A stretch of DNA of 64,000 bases from Candidatus Latescibacterota bacterium. Lineage in GTDB: Bacteria; Latescibacterota; UBA2968; UBA8231. Each line of letters opens with the position of its first letter. The first letter of the stretch is position 1. Below the pieces are notes generated by a model. That model saw nothing but the letters and a program-made list of their open reading frames with translations. It had not been told where the DNA came from and made no database searches. The stretch covers positions 5,376,001 through 5,440,000 of the forward strand of contig CBDETY010000003.1 of assembly GCA_965243025.1 (NCBI GenBank), given 5' to 3'. Shown piece by piece: positions 18,687 through 32,613 of the stretch. A program made the translations under genes and the position numbers.

Positions 18687-21380
18687 TCAGGTCGAGACGC
18701 CGAGACGTCCGCGCGTGATCTGGAAATCCGAGTTGCCGCGGGCGGACAGCTTCGGAGAGATGGTCCCGGCCGCCGCCGCCGCCAGGCATTCGAGGAGCGC
18801 CCGCGCGATTGATTCCGGTGCCTGGGAACCATCGATCGACAGGTCGAGATCATCCCGGAAATCCGCTTTGACGCCGTCGCTGCCGCTCACCTGAACCACC
18901 GGCACCAGCGGGTGCGTCTGCATCGGGTGTTCGCCGGCGTGGGCGAGCACGACCTCCACCCCGGTCGCTCCAAGCCCGGTCAGGGTTTCGACCCAGTGAT
19001 CCGAAGGGGTTTCCATCGAGTAGAATCCCGGCCGGGAAAGGCGCTCCCCGTGCCCGAGGTTGGGAGGCAGCCCGTCTGTGTCCAACCCGGCGGTGAATGC
19101 CGGGTTCGCTCCCAGACCCGAGTTTTCGGCGATGACGACGGTGCCCCCCGCCCCGGCGATCCACCGGCACAGCTGTGAAAAGGCTGCGGCGGTGCTGTCG
19201 GCGAGCGGTCCGGAGCAGATCATTCCCAGGCGCAGGCTTTCCAGCCCCACCTCGGCGTAGCGGGGCTTTTCCATCGTCTCGATCCGGTCGGAGAACCACG
19301 ACTCGACGCGGTTCATCACCGACTCGATGCCCCCGTCCATCTGCACGCTGGCCCAGCCGAACTCCGCTTCGGAGCGGCCCATTTTCTTAAGCTGTTCGCG
19401 GAAGTAGTCGTTGTGCGTCTTTTCGCACCCGTGCTCCATCAGCAGTCCGAGGCTGACCAGCGGATGCGAGAGGTAGCCGACGAGGGTGCGGGCGTAGATC
19501 CCCTCGGTGTCGTAGCCGGTGACGCCGCACCCTTCGGTATGCACGAGACTGACGAACCGCGTGATCCCCTTTTCGGCGCCGACGGCGCGGGCGTTCAGCC
19601 GCTCGGCGGTCAGGCGGGCTATCTGGCCGGCGCAGAGACTGGTGGGCAGCACGAGGCCGACGCGGCCGGTTGCGGTGGATCCATCCCCGCCGACCGCCGC
19701 CTTGAAAAGGATTTCCGGGGGAGTCTCGGTGGCGATGGGGTGCGGTTCGCCGCTGGGGACCGGGGCGGCCAGCAGGGTATCGAGGTTCGACTTGTCCCGC
19801 TGCGGCCAGTTGCGCCAGATGGAGACCTGCGAGTGCCCGGCCTGCTCCCCGCGCGACCGCTTTCCGGAGGCGACCTCCCGGGTGCGCGCGAAGAGTCCGG
19901 CGGCGAGCTCCTCCATCGGTGTGCCTTCCTGGTAGGCCCCGGCATCGACGTCCATGTCTTCCGCCAGCAGCCGGAAGCGCTGCGAGGTGGTGACGATCTT
20001 GATCGTCGGCACGAACGGAAAGTTGGTGATCGAGCCGTTGCCGGTGACGAAGAAGATCATGTTGCTTCCGGCCGCGACCTGACCGGCGATGCTCTCGAGG
20101 TCGTTGCCGGGGCTGTCCATGAAGTAGTACCCCGGCTCGCGCATCGGCTCGGCGTAGTCGATGGCGTGGTCGAGGCGCACGTCCGGGTCCCGTTTGCGCG
20201 CCGCCCCGATCGACTTGAGCACGATGTTGTAGAGACCGCGGAACTTGTTGCCCCCGGATGGATTTCCCTCCGCGGTGGAGCCGTGCCAGGCGACGCGCTC
20301 CTTGAAGCGCTCGACCATGTGCAGGAACCGTTCCGCGGTTTCCAGGTCGCGAACGTTCTGCAGGACGTACGGCTCGGCGCCGATCAGCTCGTCCGTTTCG
20401 GCGAGATTGGCCGCGCCGCCGTGGCGGATCAGCTCCCGCGCCACCCGCGCCGCCAGCGGGTTTCCCGAGATGCCGGAGAAGGCGTCCGAGCCGCCGCACT
20501 GGAGCGCCAGCTTCAGCCGCGACAGCGGCTGGTCGCTGCGCTCGGTCCGGGTCAGAGGATCGAGCCATCCCCTGACCACTCTCTCACCCTCGGCGAGAGC
20601 GTCGTCGAAACTGCCGGAGATCGACAGGAAGGCGTGGGGCATTTCGTCGATGGCGTAGCCGCCGGCACGCAGGTACTCGCGCAACTGCGCGTTCGAGACC
20701 GATTCGCTGCCGTAGTCGACGGCGAGCAGGGCGCCGACGTTGGGGTGGACGGCGAACCCCGCCAGGGTGCGCAGCAGCAGCTCCTTGTTGTTGGGAGTGC
20801 CGGGGCCGCCTCCCTCGGTATGGGCGATCGCCACAACACCGTCGAAGTTGGCGCCTCCGGCGTCCTGAAAGCGCGCCGCAAGCAGGCGGGCGTAGCTGGC
20901 GGTCCGGGAGGTCGTTCCCAGGACGACCGCGTAGTTGCGGGTGCCGGCGCCGCGCCGTCCCCGCGCGAACCCCGAAAACGTGCCCGGCTGCTCGAGGAGG
21001 GGCACCTGCCGGCCCGCCAGGAAGCGGTCCCTGTCGAGCTCGTAGGGCCGGATGCGATCCTCGAAGTTCGGGGCGCCCGGGAGCTCGAAGTCGATCCTGC
21101 GGCCGTTCAGCGCTTCCAGCATACCCGGGTTGCAGACGTACGACCCGGGCCGGATGCCGGCGGTCGCGACGCCGAAAGGGAGACCCCAGGACAGCAGCTC
21201 CGCTCCCGGCGCGACCGCCTCCACGGCGAAGCGGTGGCCCTCCATCACCGTGTAGTCGAGCTCGAAGCGCTCGGTCCCGCGAAGGATGGCCGTACCCTGC
21301 TCGAGCCGGCGCGAGGCGATGGCGACGTTGTCTCCGGCGGCCGGCAGGCGGCCGGCCTCGTCGAAACTGATTTCGGTCAT
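18687..21380 (-). CDS. UxaA/GarD-family (altronate/galactarate) dehydratase, ~897 aa with duplicated C-terminal module
   Basis: N-terminal SAF domain, GTRNY, H.EG, LQCGGSD.FSG.SGNP, NPS.GN..G, MDSPGND and F.TG.GS. Confidence 0.8.
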   Translation of the reverse strand: MTEISFDEAGRLPAAGDNVAIASRRLEQGTAILRGTERFELDYTVMEGHRFAVEAVAPGAELLSWGLPFGVATAGIRPGSYVCNPGMLEALNGRRIDFELPGAPNFEDRIRPYELDRDRFLAGRQVPLLEQPGTFSGFARGRRGAGTRNYAVVLGTTSRTASYARLLAARFQDAGGANFDGVVAIAHTEGGGPGTPNNKELLLRTLAGFAVHPNVGALLAVDYGSESVSNAQLREYLRAGGYAIDEMPHAFLSISGSFDDALAEGERVVRGWLDPLTRTERSDQPLSRLKLALQCGGSDAFSGISGNPLAARVARELIRHGGAANLAETDELIGAEPYVLQNVRDLETAERFLHMVERFKERVAWHGSTAEGNPSGGNKFRGLYNIVLKSIGAARKRDPDVRLDHAIDYAEPMREPGYYFMDSPGNDLESIAGQVAAGSNMIFFVTGNGSITNFPFVPTIKIVTTSQRFRLLAEDMDVDAGAYQEGTPMEELAAGLFARTREVASGKRSRGEQAGHSQVSIWRNWPQRDKSNLDTLLAAPVPSGEPHPIATETPPEILFKAAVGGDGSTATGRVGLVLPTSLCAGQIARLTAERLNARAVGAEKGITRFVSLVHTEGCGVTGYDTEGIYARTLVGYLSHPLVSLGLLMEHGCEKTHNDYFREQLKKMGRSEAEFGWASVQMDGGIESVMNRVESWFSDRIETMEKPRYAEVGLESLRLGMICSGPLADSTAAAFSQLCRWIAGAGGTVVIAENSGLGANPAFTAGLDTDGLPPNLGHGERLSRPGFYSMETPSDHWVETLTGLGATGVEVVLAHAGEHPMQTHPLVPVVQVSGSDGVKADFRDDLDLSIDGSQAPESIARALLECLAAAAAGTISPKLSARGNSDFQITRGRLGVST

Positions 21381-21402
21381 GGCTTCTTGCAGGGGAGTGT
21401 TT

Positions 21403-22650
21403 TCAGAAAAGCTCGAAGTTGCCGGCGTCGACCCTCTTCGACTGGTGCGCCAGCACCGCATCCATCAGCTCGATCGCCATGCGCGATTCCAGGGTCACGC
21501 CGGCGCGCACTCCCACGCAGGGGTCGTGCCGGCCCTTCTGCAGCTGGAACTCGGTTTCGCTCAGGTCCTTGCGCACCGATTGCTGCGGCGGGCGGATGGT
21601 CGAGGTCGGTTTGAAGGAGACCCGGCAGACCAGGGGCATGCCGGTGGCGACGCCGCCGATGATGCCGCCGTGGTGGTTGCCCTGGTAGCCCGAGCGCCGG
21701 ATCCGGTCGTTGTTCTCGCTGCCCCGGCGCGGCACGACCTCGATTCCCGAGCCGACCTCGCAGGCCTGCACGGCGTGCAGCCCGCCGAGCGATCCCATCA
21801 GCCTGACCTTGAGGCTGTCGTAGAGGGGTTCTCCCGCCAGCGGCGGAACGTTGGCGGCGACGACCTCTATGGACGCTCCGACGGAGTCCCCCTGCCTGCG
21901 GGTCTCGGCGATCAGGTCGGCGGCGGCGCGCCCGAATTCGGCGTCGAGGGTCCGGATCTCCGGTTCTTCCAGTGCCGCCTCCAGCTCCTCGAGCGCGGCT
22001 GCGGGAACCCGGCCGTCTCCGCCTGCGGGGAGCTGCGCCACGCGGTCGGCCAGCCGCCGCCCGCAGCGCAACTCGCCGACCTGGCATATCGACGACAGGA
22101 AGGCGGTCCCGAACCGGTCGCGCAGGAACAGGCGGGCGATGGAGCCGCCGAAGACGTCGGAGATGGTCGACCGGTAACTGGAGCGCCCCCCGCCGCGGGG
22201 GTCGGCGAAACCCCGGGACTTGTGGTGCTTTACGAGGTCGGTGTGGCCGGGGCGCACGTCCCCTGAGGGGCCGAGGAACTGCGCGTAGTCCGCGGTGCGC
22301 TTCGCCGCCGACAGGACGACCGCGGCAATCGGCTCACCGGTGGCGAAGCCTTCCTCGTAACCCGGCGCGGAGACCTCCTCCTCGCCGACGGCCGCGGCGA
22401 TCCGCGAGCCGGACAGGAGAAGGTCGTGGTCGTCGGAGTACACACCGGACAGGATCACCACCTTGTCCCCCTCACGCCTGGGGGTGCCCAGCTTGTTCGA
22501 ACCGGGCCTGCGCCTGTCGAGGAAGCCCTGGATCTCGGCCCGCGAGACCCTCTGGCCCGGGGGGCAGCCGAAGACGATGGTGGTGATGGCCGGGCCGTGC
22601 GATTCCCCGGCTCCGGCCACGGCGAACAGGGAGCCGCCGAGGATTTCCAT
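21403..22650 (-). CDS. aroC: Chorismate synthase (divergent)
   Basis: GESHG, RRPG, RPGH.D, GGGRSS.R.T, DSVG, N..GGI.GG.ATG, FKPTSTI and GRHDPC. Confidence 0.9.
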   Translation of the reverse strand: MEILGGSLFAVAGAGESHGPAITTIVFGCPPGQRVSRAEIQGFLDRRRPGSNKLGTPRREGDKVVILSGVYSDDHDLLLSGSRIAAAVGEEEVSAPGYEEGFATGEPIAAVVLSAAKRTADYAQFLGPSGDVRPGHTDLVKHHKSRGFADPRGGGRSSYRSTISDVFGGSIARLFLRDRFGTAFLSSICQVGELRCGRRLADRVAQLPAGGDGRVPAAALEELEAALEEPEIRTLDAEFGRAAADLIAETRRQGDSVGASIEVVAANVPPLAGEPLYDSLKVRLMGSLGGLHAVQACEVGSGIEVVPRRGSENNDRIRRSGYQGNHHGGIIGGVATGMPLVCRVSFKPTSTIRPPQQSVRKDLSETEFQLQKGRHDPCVGVRAGVTLESRMAIELMDAVLAHQSKRVDAGNFELF

Positions 22651-22823
22651 GGTGTCGCGCCGTCTCTGGTGCGGCGATGCCGGCGAAGGGAAAAGGGACG
22701 TTTCGAATGTACGCCCTCGTGCCTGCCCGCGTAATCGAGCGTGTGAACGAAGGCAGCCCCGCGATCCGGCTTCAGTCCAGGCAGCCCGTTGGAAAAGTCG
22801 GCGCGGCTCGGCTCAACTGGCTG

Positions 22824-24179
22824 TCAGGGACCGCCGAGAAGCCGCTCGATATTGGCGCGGGCAACGGCGAGGTCGTGGCGCGTCCTCACCCGGCTGCTGC
22901 GCGCCTGGGTGAAGTTGACCTGGGCGTCGAGCAGCTCGAGCAGGGTGCCCTGGCCCACCTCGTAGCTCTCCTTGGCGAGCTTGAGGTCTTCCCCGGCGAC
23001 CTCGAGGGTGCCCTCGCTGATCTCGAGAATCTTGGCGAGGCGAGCCAGCTCGAGATGGGCGGTCTCGACGGCGAGGGCGACCTCGCGCCGCTGCTGGTCG
23101 AGGTTGAAGCGGGTGTTCTCCAGGGCGATGCGGGAGCGCTGGATGCCGGCGCTGCGCACCCCCCCGTCGAAGAGGTTGTAGGTAACCGACAGGCCGGCGT
23201 TGATGCGGTAGTTCTGGCCGAAGTCCTGGTAGACGCGGTCGAACACCTCGTTGTTGCGGCCGTAGGAAAGGTTGGTGCTGAGGCGCGGATGCCAGGCCGA
23301 CTTTGCCGACGACAGGTCGTGCTCGGCGGCAAGGTGGGCGTATTCCAGTTGCCTGATGGCGTGATTGGAGCTCTCGGCGGCGCGCAGCAGATCTTCGAGG
23401 GACAGCCCGGCGAGTGGAAACGCGGCGTTCTCGACGGGAGCGGCCGTCAGCGGCTCGGAGATCCCCCTTCCCATGAAGTGGTTGAGGCTGGCGCGCGCCA
23501 GAACGACCCCCTGCTCGGCATTGATCAGGTCGGCCTCGGCATTGCCTACCGCCACCTTCAGGCGCAGCACGTCCGCCCTCACGCCGGCTCCCACCTCGAG
23601 GCGCATGGCGGCGCCCTCGAGCTGTTTCTCGCTGAGCTTCAGGGCCTCGCGCTGGACTTCGAGGAGATCCTGCGCCTTGAGCAGGGCGAAGTAGCGCTGT
23701 CTCACGCCGAAGACCGTTTCCGCCCGCTGCGACTCGAGAGCGGTCTCCGCTGCGTGAAGCCCCTGGCGCGCGGCGTTGTGGGCATGGCGGCGGCTGCCCC
23801 CGTCGTACAGGGTCTGGCTGACCGATGCGTTCAGCGAGAACGAGTTGCGGTCGATTGCCGGTATCTGGGTCGTCTCCTCCCGGAAGATGCGCTGGCCGGT
23901 CTCGGGGTCGAAACGGTCGGTCGGGTTTTCCTGGATGCGGACCGACGGTCCGGTGCGCGACCGGGAGAAGTTCAGCACCGAGAGGTTGACGCTGGGCAGC
24001 CTTCCGGCCATTGCGGACTTGACGTCCATCTCGGAGCGGCGGACCGCCTGGGCCGCCAGGCGCATCTGGTTGTTGTGCTCCAGGGCCTGCCGGATGCACT
24101 CGTCGAGAGTGAGGGTGCCGGCACTTGCCGCGGTTGCCGCGGCGGCCAGCAGGGCGAAGAGGGCGATGCTGGGTATCAT
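22824..24179 (-). CDS. TolC-family outer membrane efflux protein
   Basis: Signal peptide, LTL.ECI..AL..N, two OEP repeats and YEVG..TLLELLDAQ. Confidence 0.88.
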   Translation of the reverse strand: MIPSIALFALLAAAATAASAGTLTLDECIRQALEHNNQMRLAAQAVRRSEMDVKSAMAGRLPSVNLSVLNFSRSRTGPSVRIQENPTDRFDPETGQRIFREETTQIPAIDRNSFSLNASVSQTLYDGGSRRHAHNAARQGLHAAETALESQRAETVFGVRQRYFALLKAQDLLEVQREALKLSEKQLEGAAMRLEVGAGVRADVLRLKVAVGNAEADLINAEQGVVLARASLNHFMGRGISEPLTAAPVENAAFPLAGLSLEDLLRAAESSNHAIRQLEYAHLAAEHDLSSAKSAWHPRLSTNLSYGRNNEVFDRVYQDFGQNYRINAGLSVTYNLFDGGVRSAGIQRSRIALENTRFNLDQQRREVALAVETAHLELARLAKILEISEGTLEVAGEDLKLAKESYEVGQGTLLELLDAQVNFTQARSSRVRTRHDLAVARANIERLLGGP

Positions 24180-24276
24180 GGGGTGTTTCCCTGGTTGCTG
24201 GCTTCAGCGAGGACGCCGGAGCGCCGCGGTCCGGGCGGCCTGGCGAATGATCCGAGGTAGTTCGCGCCTCCGGGCA

Positions 24277-27200
24277 TCACTTCCTCCCGGCGGCGTGGAC
24301 GACCCTGCGGAACCACAGCGCGAGGTCGTCGAGAAGGGAGTATAGAGTAGGAGCCAATACGAGGGTCAGCACGGTGGAGCAGATCAACCCGCTGACGACG
24401 ACGAGGCCGACCGGACCCCAGCGCCTGGAGAACCCTTCCGAGGTTCCGTAGACCATCGGCAGAACCAGCGGCATCAGGTTGAGAACGGTGGTCGTGGCCG
24501 TCATCAGGATCGGACGCAGGCGGTTCTGGCCGCCGCGCAGGATCGCCTCGGTACGGGCCATGCCCTCCCGGCGGTAGTGGTTGATGTGATCGACCAGCAC
24601 GATGCCGTTGTTGACGACGATGCCGAACAGGATCAGCAGCCCCAGGATGCCGTTGTTGTCGAGGGGCACGTCGAGCAGGTAGAGGCCGGCCGAGACGCCG
24701 ATGAGGGAGAAGGGGATGGCCAGCATGATCGTGAAGGGGTGGATCAGCGACTCGAACAGGGAAGCCATGATCAGGTAGATGAGCAGCAGCGCGAACAGCA
24801 GCGTGAAGGTGTTGGCCTGGGTGTCCTGCTGCATCCAGCGCGCCGCCCTCCCCAGGTCCCAGGAGTACCCCGCCGGCAGGGAGAAACCGGCCATCATGCT
24901 GCGCACCGTTCCCATCAGGCCGAACGCCTGCATGCGGTTCTCGGTGTTGGCGAAGATGTTCATGGTGTGCTCCCGGTCCTCGCGCACCAGGTTCTTCGGA
25001 CCTTCGGCTACCTGGAAGTCGGCGACGGCGGCCAGCTGGATGCGCGTTTCGTCGCGGCCGTCGAAGCTGCTGTTCTTCAGCTGCTCGAGGTCGACCCGGT
25101 CCTCCTCCTCGAGCTGCAGAACCAGGTCGATCTCGCGGTCCTCCGCCTTGAAGGTCGAGGTGCGCCGGGTCCCCAGCGCTGTGGATATGGTGGTGGCGAC
25201 GTCGCGCGGCGACAGCCCGTACTCCAGCGCCTGCTCGCGGTCTACGGAGACGCGGATCTCCTCCTCCCCGTCCTCGAGGCTGGTGTCGACGTCCTTGACG
25301 CCGGGCAGCTGTCCGAGGGCGGATTCGATGTCTTCGGCGAGCAGGGCGAGCACGTCCTGGTCCCGCCCCTTCAGCTGCACCTCGACTCCCAGCATGTTCC
25401 CCTGCCAGCTGCGCCGCCGCCCCATCCTCCAGGTCACCCCGACGGTTTCGGGCAGCAGCGCCTTGATGGCCTCTCCCGCCTCGGCAGTCGTCATGCTGCC
25501 GTCGTCGGCATCGACGAGACGGGCGGTGATCCTGCCGCGGCGCTGGCGGAAGTTGGTGTTGAGCGACTCGATGTCGAGCTCCCCGGCGCGCGCCAGCAGC
25601 CGCTGCTCGATGTCGCCGAACATCGCTTTCACCTCGTCGAGGGAGTAGTTCCGGTCGATCTCGGCGGAGATGTCGACGCGGCGCTCCGGGGTCCAGGGAG
25701 TGCCGCGCTGCTCGAGCTGCATGAACAGGTAGATCCCGGTTCCCATCAGCAGGGCGGAGGCGAACAGGGTGGCGAGGCGGTGCGACAGGGTCCAGCGGAG
25801 GAGGCCGACGTAGGCGCCGCGCATGCCGCGGCGGCGGCACTGCCAGGCGGCTGCCGCGGTGACCGCCCCGGCTGCGGCCAGACCCGCCGCGGTCGTCCAC
25901 TGCATGCCGGCGACCCTCTCGGCGAGACGGCTGCCGGTGCGGCCCGCCCAGGCCGTCAGGCCTTCCCAGGTGAGCTCGTGGAGGCCCAGGGAAGCCAGGA
26001 CCAGCAGGGCCAGCAGCACCAGGCCTTTCAGCACGCGGTCGAAACGGTCGTAGCGCTGCTTGAAGAGGCGCGAGCTGGCCAGCGGGATGAGCGCCAGGGA
26101 AACCACCGTCGACACGGCCACGGCAAGGCAGATCGCCAGCCCGGCGTCCCTCATCCAGGCCGTCATGCGGCTGCTCGACAGGAAGAAGAAGGGAATGAAC
26201 ACGACCATGGTGGTAAGGGACGAGGCGATCACCGCCATGCCGATCTCGCGCGCCCCCGACAGCGCCGCTTCGCCCGGCTCCGCTCCTTCCTCCTGGCGCC
26301 GGCGGAAGATGCTCTCCAGCGTCACAACCGCGGGGTCGACGAGCATGCCGACCGCCAGCATGAGGCCGGTCATGGTCACCATGTTCAGGGTCACCGTCGA
26401 CCCGAAGAACTCGCGGGCGGCGAAGAGCCCGGTGAACACGCACAGGACAGACACCGGTATGGCGACCGATATCACCAGGGTGCTGCGGATGTTGCGCAGG
26501 AACAGGAAGATGATGCCGACCGCCAGGACCGCCCCGAGCAGGGCCGAGTCGGAGAGCTTGTCCACTTCCCGCAGCACCTGCTCGGAGCGGTCGCGGACGA
26601 TCTCGATTTCCAGGTCCCCGCCGTACGACAGCTCGATCTCCTCCAGGGCCGCCCTGACGTCGGCGGCCATGTCGACGAGGTTGGCGGTCGAGGACTTGTA
26701 CACCTCGACGGTGACGGCGTCGGCGCCGTTGAGGCGCTCGTAGCGCTTCTTCTCGGGGTAGTCGTAGTTGACCGGGCCGACGTCCTCCAGCCTCAGGGAG
26801 GTGCCGGCCAGCGGCAGCTCGCCGATCTCCCCGGCGCGGGCGAACTCGCCGAGAGCCCGCACCTGGTAGCGCTGGCCGCCGTCCAGCACGCGGCCGAGAG
26901 AGACGTTGACGTTGTTGTCCCGGACCTGCCGGGAGAGATAGGGCAGCGACACGTCGTGGTCCTGCAGCCGCTGCTGGTCGAGCTCGACGATCAGCTGCTT
27001 TTCCTCGACGCCCTCGACGGTGACGTTGGCGACCCCGTCGAGGCGCAGAAGCTGCGGCTCGATGACCTTGCGGTATATGTCGAAGAGGCGGTCCCCCTGT
27101 CCGCGCCAGGCGACGTTGGCGTAGACCGACGGGCGCTCGTCGCTCTGCCAGCGGCGGATGCGCACGTTCCGGACGTCGGCGGGAAGGTTTCCCCTGACCG

Positions 27201-27540
27201 CCTCGACCCGCTCGCGCACCTCCATGGTGGCGATGTCCATGTCGGTGCCGGCCTTGAACTCGACGCGCACCGACGAGTTGGAGGAGGTGGAGGTGGCGCT
27301 GATGCGGTCGATGTTGCCGAGAAGGGCCACCGACTCCTCCAGTGGCCGGGTGATATCCCGCTCCACTTCCTCGGGAGAGGAGGACGGGTAGGAGACGTTG
27401 ACGTTCACCCCGAGCGAGGAAATGCTCGGGAACGACTCCAGCGGCAGGCGCGTGAGGGAGATGACCCCGAGCACGATCATGCTCAGGGTCGCCATCACCA
27501 TTGTGATCGGCCGCGCCACGGCGAATTCGGCGAGTTTCAT
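24277..27540 (-). CDS. RND efflux permease (AcrB/AcrD/AcrF family), subunit 2
   Basis: 1087 aa; RPI, ITRPLEE, GMLVD, GIVVNNGIVL and RLRPILMT. Confidence 0.9.
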   Translation of the reverse strand: MKLAEFAVARPITMVMATLSMIVLGVISLTRLPLESFPSISSLGVNVNVSYPSSSPEEVERDITRPLEESVALLGNIDRISATSTSSNSSVRVEFKAGTDMDIATMEVRERVEAVRGNLPADVRNVRIRRWQSDERPSVYANVAWRGQGDRLFDIYRKVIEPQLLRLDGVANVTVEGVEEKQLIVELDQQRLQDHDVSLPYLSRQVRDNNVNVSLGRVLDGGQRYQVRALGEFARAGEIGELPLAGTSLRLEDVGPVNYDYPEKKRYERLNGADAVTVEVYKSSTANLVDMAADVRAALEEIELSYGGDLEIEIVRDRSEQVLREVDKLSDSALLGAVLAVGIIFLFLRNIRSTLVISVAIPVSVLCVFTGLFAAREFFGSTVTLNMVTMTGLMLAVGMLVDPAVVTLESIFRRRQEEGAEPGEAALSGAREIGMAVIASSLTTMVVFIPFFFLSSSRMTAWMRDAGLAICLAVAVSTVVSLALIPLASSRLFKQRYDRFDRVLKGLVLLALLVLASLGLHELTWEGLTAWAGRTGSRLAERVAGMQWTTAAGLAAAGAVTAAAAWQCRRRGMRGAYVGLLRWTLSHRLATLFASALLMGTGIYLFMQLEQRGTPWTPERRVDISAEIDRNYSLDEVKAMFGDIEQRLLARAGELDIESLNTNFRQRRGRITARLVDADDGSMTTAEAGEAIKALLPETVGVTWRMGRRRSWQGNMLGVEVQLKGRDQDVLALLAEDIESALGQLPGVKDVDTSLEDGEEEIRVSVDREQALEYGLSPRDVATTISTALGTRRTSTFKAEDREIDLVLQLEEEDRVDLEQLKNSSFDGRDETRIQLAAVADFQVAEGPKNLVREDREHTMNIFANTENRMQAFGLMGTVRSMMAGFSLPAGYSWDLGRAARWMQQDTQANTFTLLFALLLIYLIMASLFESLIHPFTIMLAIPFSLIGVSAGLYLLDVPLDNNGILGLLILFGIVVNNGIVLVDHINHYRREGMARTEAILRGGQNRLRPILMTATTTVLNLMPLVLPMVYGTSEGFSRRWGPVGLVVVSGLICSTVLTLVLAPTLYSLLDDLALWFRRVVHAAGRK

Positions 27541-27658
27541 CTTTTACGCTCCTCCGGCGGTTCTGCCCGCCCGTGAAAGCGCAGGGCGGCCGGGTGAGAG
27601 AGCGGGACAGGCAGGGGGCAAGACACCCGCGTCCGTCGGGACTCAGTTGCAACCGGGT

Positions 27659-30807
<3,149 letters not shown>

Positions 30808-30811
<4 letters not shown>

Positions 30812-32190
30812 CGCTCCCTGCCGGGGCCGGAAGCGCCCGCCGAATCCCCTTCCGTTCTCGCGGCCATGCGCGACTTCAAGCGCTTCCAGGACTCGACCGC
30901 TTCGGCCTCGCTGAGACCGCGGCGCTCCTGCATGCGGGCGACGAAGGCGGCCGAATCCGGCATCTCACCGTCGCGGCCGAAGGGGCCCCCTCGGAAGCCG
31001 CCCCCTCCGGGGCGGCCGCCGCCGAAGTCCGGAGGCCGCCGCCCGCCGGGAGGCCCGCCTCCGGATTCGGCGTTCTCTACCGCGGCCGCGGCCATCTGCG
31101 CCGCCTCGCTGCCGACGGTGCGCACCGCGGAGCCGTCCTTCAGGCCCTGCTGGCCGATAGTGATGACCGCCTCCCCCTCCGCGAGCCCGGAGACCACCTC
31201 GACGAGATCGCCGCTGACGTACCCCAGCTCGACCCCGCGGCGCCGGGCGCGTCCCTCCTCGATCACGAAGACGTCATCCTCGTCGGTCTCCAGCACCAGC
31301 GCCTTCTTGGGGATGACCAGGGTTCCGGCGTGCACGTCGGTGATCAGCCGCACGGTGACGAACATTCCGGGCTTGAGCCCGGTTCCTCCCGATACCTCGA
31401 GGGTGACCTTCACCGTGCCGCTCTGGGGATCGACACCGGGGTTGATCATCCGCACCTGCGCCGTCACGGGATCTTCTTCGCTGCCGGCCGCGGTGATCTC
31501 GGCGCGCTGGCCGACCTGCACCTGCCGCACCCGTTTTTCCGGGATGCGGATGCGCGCCAGCAGCGGTTCGAGGTCGGCTACGGCGAACAGCTCCTCGTTG
31601 GCGCGCACGAGATCGCCGACCTCGACGTTGCGCTGCATCAGCAGGCCGGCGATCGGGGCGCGGATGTCCGCGTAGGCGAGGTTGAGGCGCGACTCCTTGA
31701 GCGCGACCTCGGCGTTGGCCAGCTGGTTGCGGGCGCTCTCGTAATCCTCCTCGCTGAGAAGCTGGCGTTCGAAAAGGGCCTGCCGGCGGCTGTGGGAGGC
31801 GCGCGCCTGGCCCAGCGCCACCTCGTCCTGTTCCACGCGCAAGCTCAGCTCGGCCTTGTCGAGACGGGCGAGCAGCTGCCCCTCGCCGAGGCGGTCTCCC
31901 TCCTCGACGAGCAGCTCCTCGAGGGGCCCCTGGGTGCGCGCCACCACAGTCACCCAGCGCTCCGCCTCGAGGCGCGCGTGCGTCTCGATGTAGCTGGAAA
32001 TGTCGCCGCGCGCGACCGCCGCGGTCTTGACCGGGATCGCCGCTTCCTCACCCGGGGAACCCCCTCCCCACTGGCCGCGGCCGCCGCCGCGGCTGCCGCG
32101 GGACTGCTCCTCCTCCTCGCCGCCGCAGCCGCTCAGCAGGGCGCCGAGGGCAGCGGTCGCGGCGATTCGCACTGCGTGCACTGAAACCAT
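30808..32190 (-). CDS. RND periplasmic adaptor (MFP), lipoprotein
   Basis: LLSGC lipobox, V.EGD....GQLL..LD, IRAPI.G and LKPGMFV; ATG at 32190. Confidence 0.9.
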
Positions 32191-32613
32191 GTTCGCTGGT
32201 TCACCTTTCCGTTTGGCAAAAACGACAATCGACGTTGGACCACCGCAGGACGGGATCCGTTTAATCCTGTTGATCCTGCAATGTTCCGGTGCAGGGTGCC
32301 CGAAATCCTGCGGACGACTGAATGAAAATCCGGGCCCGCATTGAAGGCGTACTGGAGGGTTCGAGTCCACCGCCGAAACAAGCTGCGGGAGAAGAGCGCC
32401 GCCGCGGACTGCTTGCTTTGGCAGGCATGCTGTCCCGGGGCGCGCAATGCGAACCCGCTCCGGGCGCGAGAGGCCGAGGTTCCAGGTCGGGGGACATCCC
32501 TGGCCGGCAGCTGCGCCGCGGCACCGGCCGGACCGGAGGAGTTCCGCCAGCCGGGGTGTCCAGAGCTCAGGTTGGGACAGGAAATCGAGAGGCAGCCCCA
32601 ACCGCGGCGGCGA

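Noticed and set aside
32354-32371. GGTTCGAGTCC T-loop-like motif suggesting a tRNA or att remnant
   Set aside because: The flanking stem pairs poorly and no D-arm, anticodon arm or acceptor stem can be built
32191-32613. Long leader upstream of the RND operon as a riboswitch
   Set aside because: No recognisable aptamer consensus by eye; an Rfam scan would be needed
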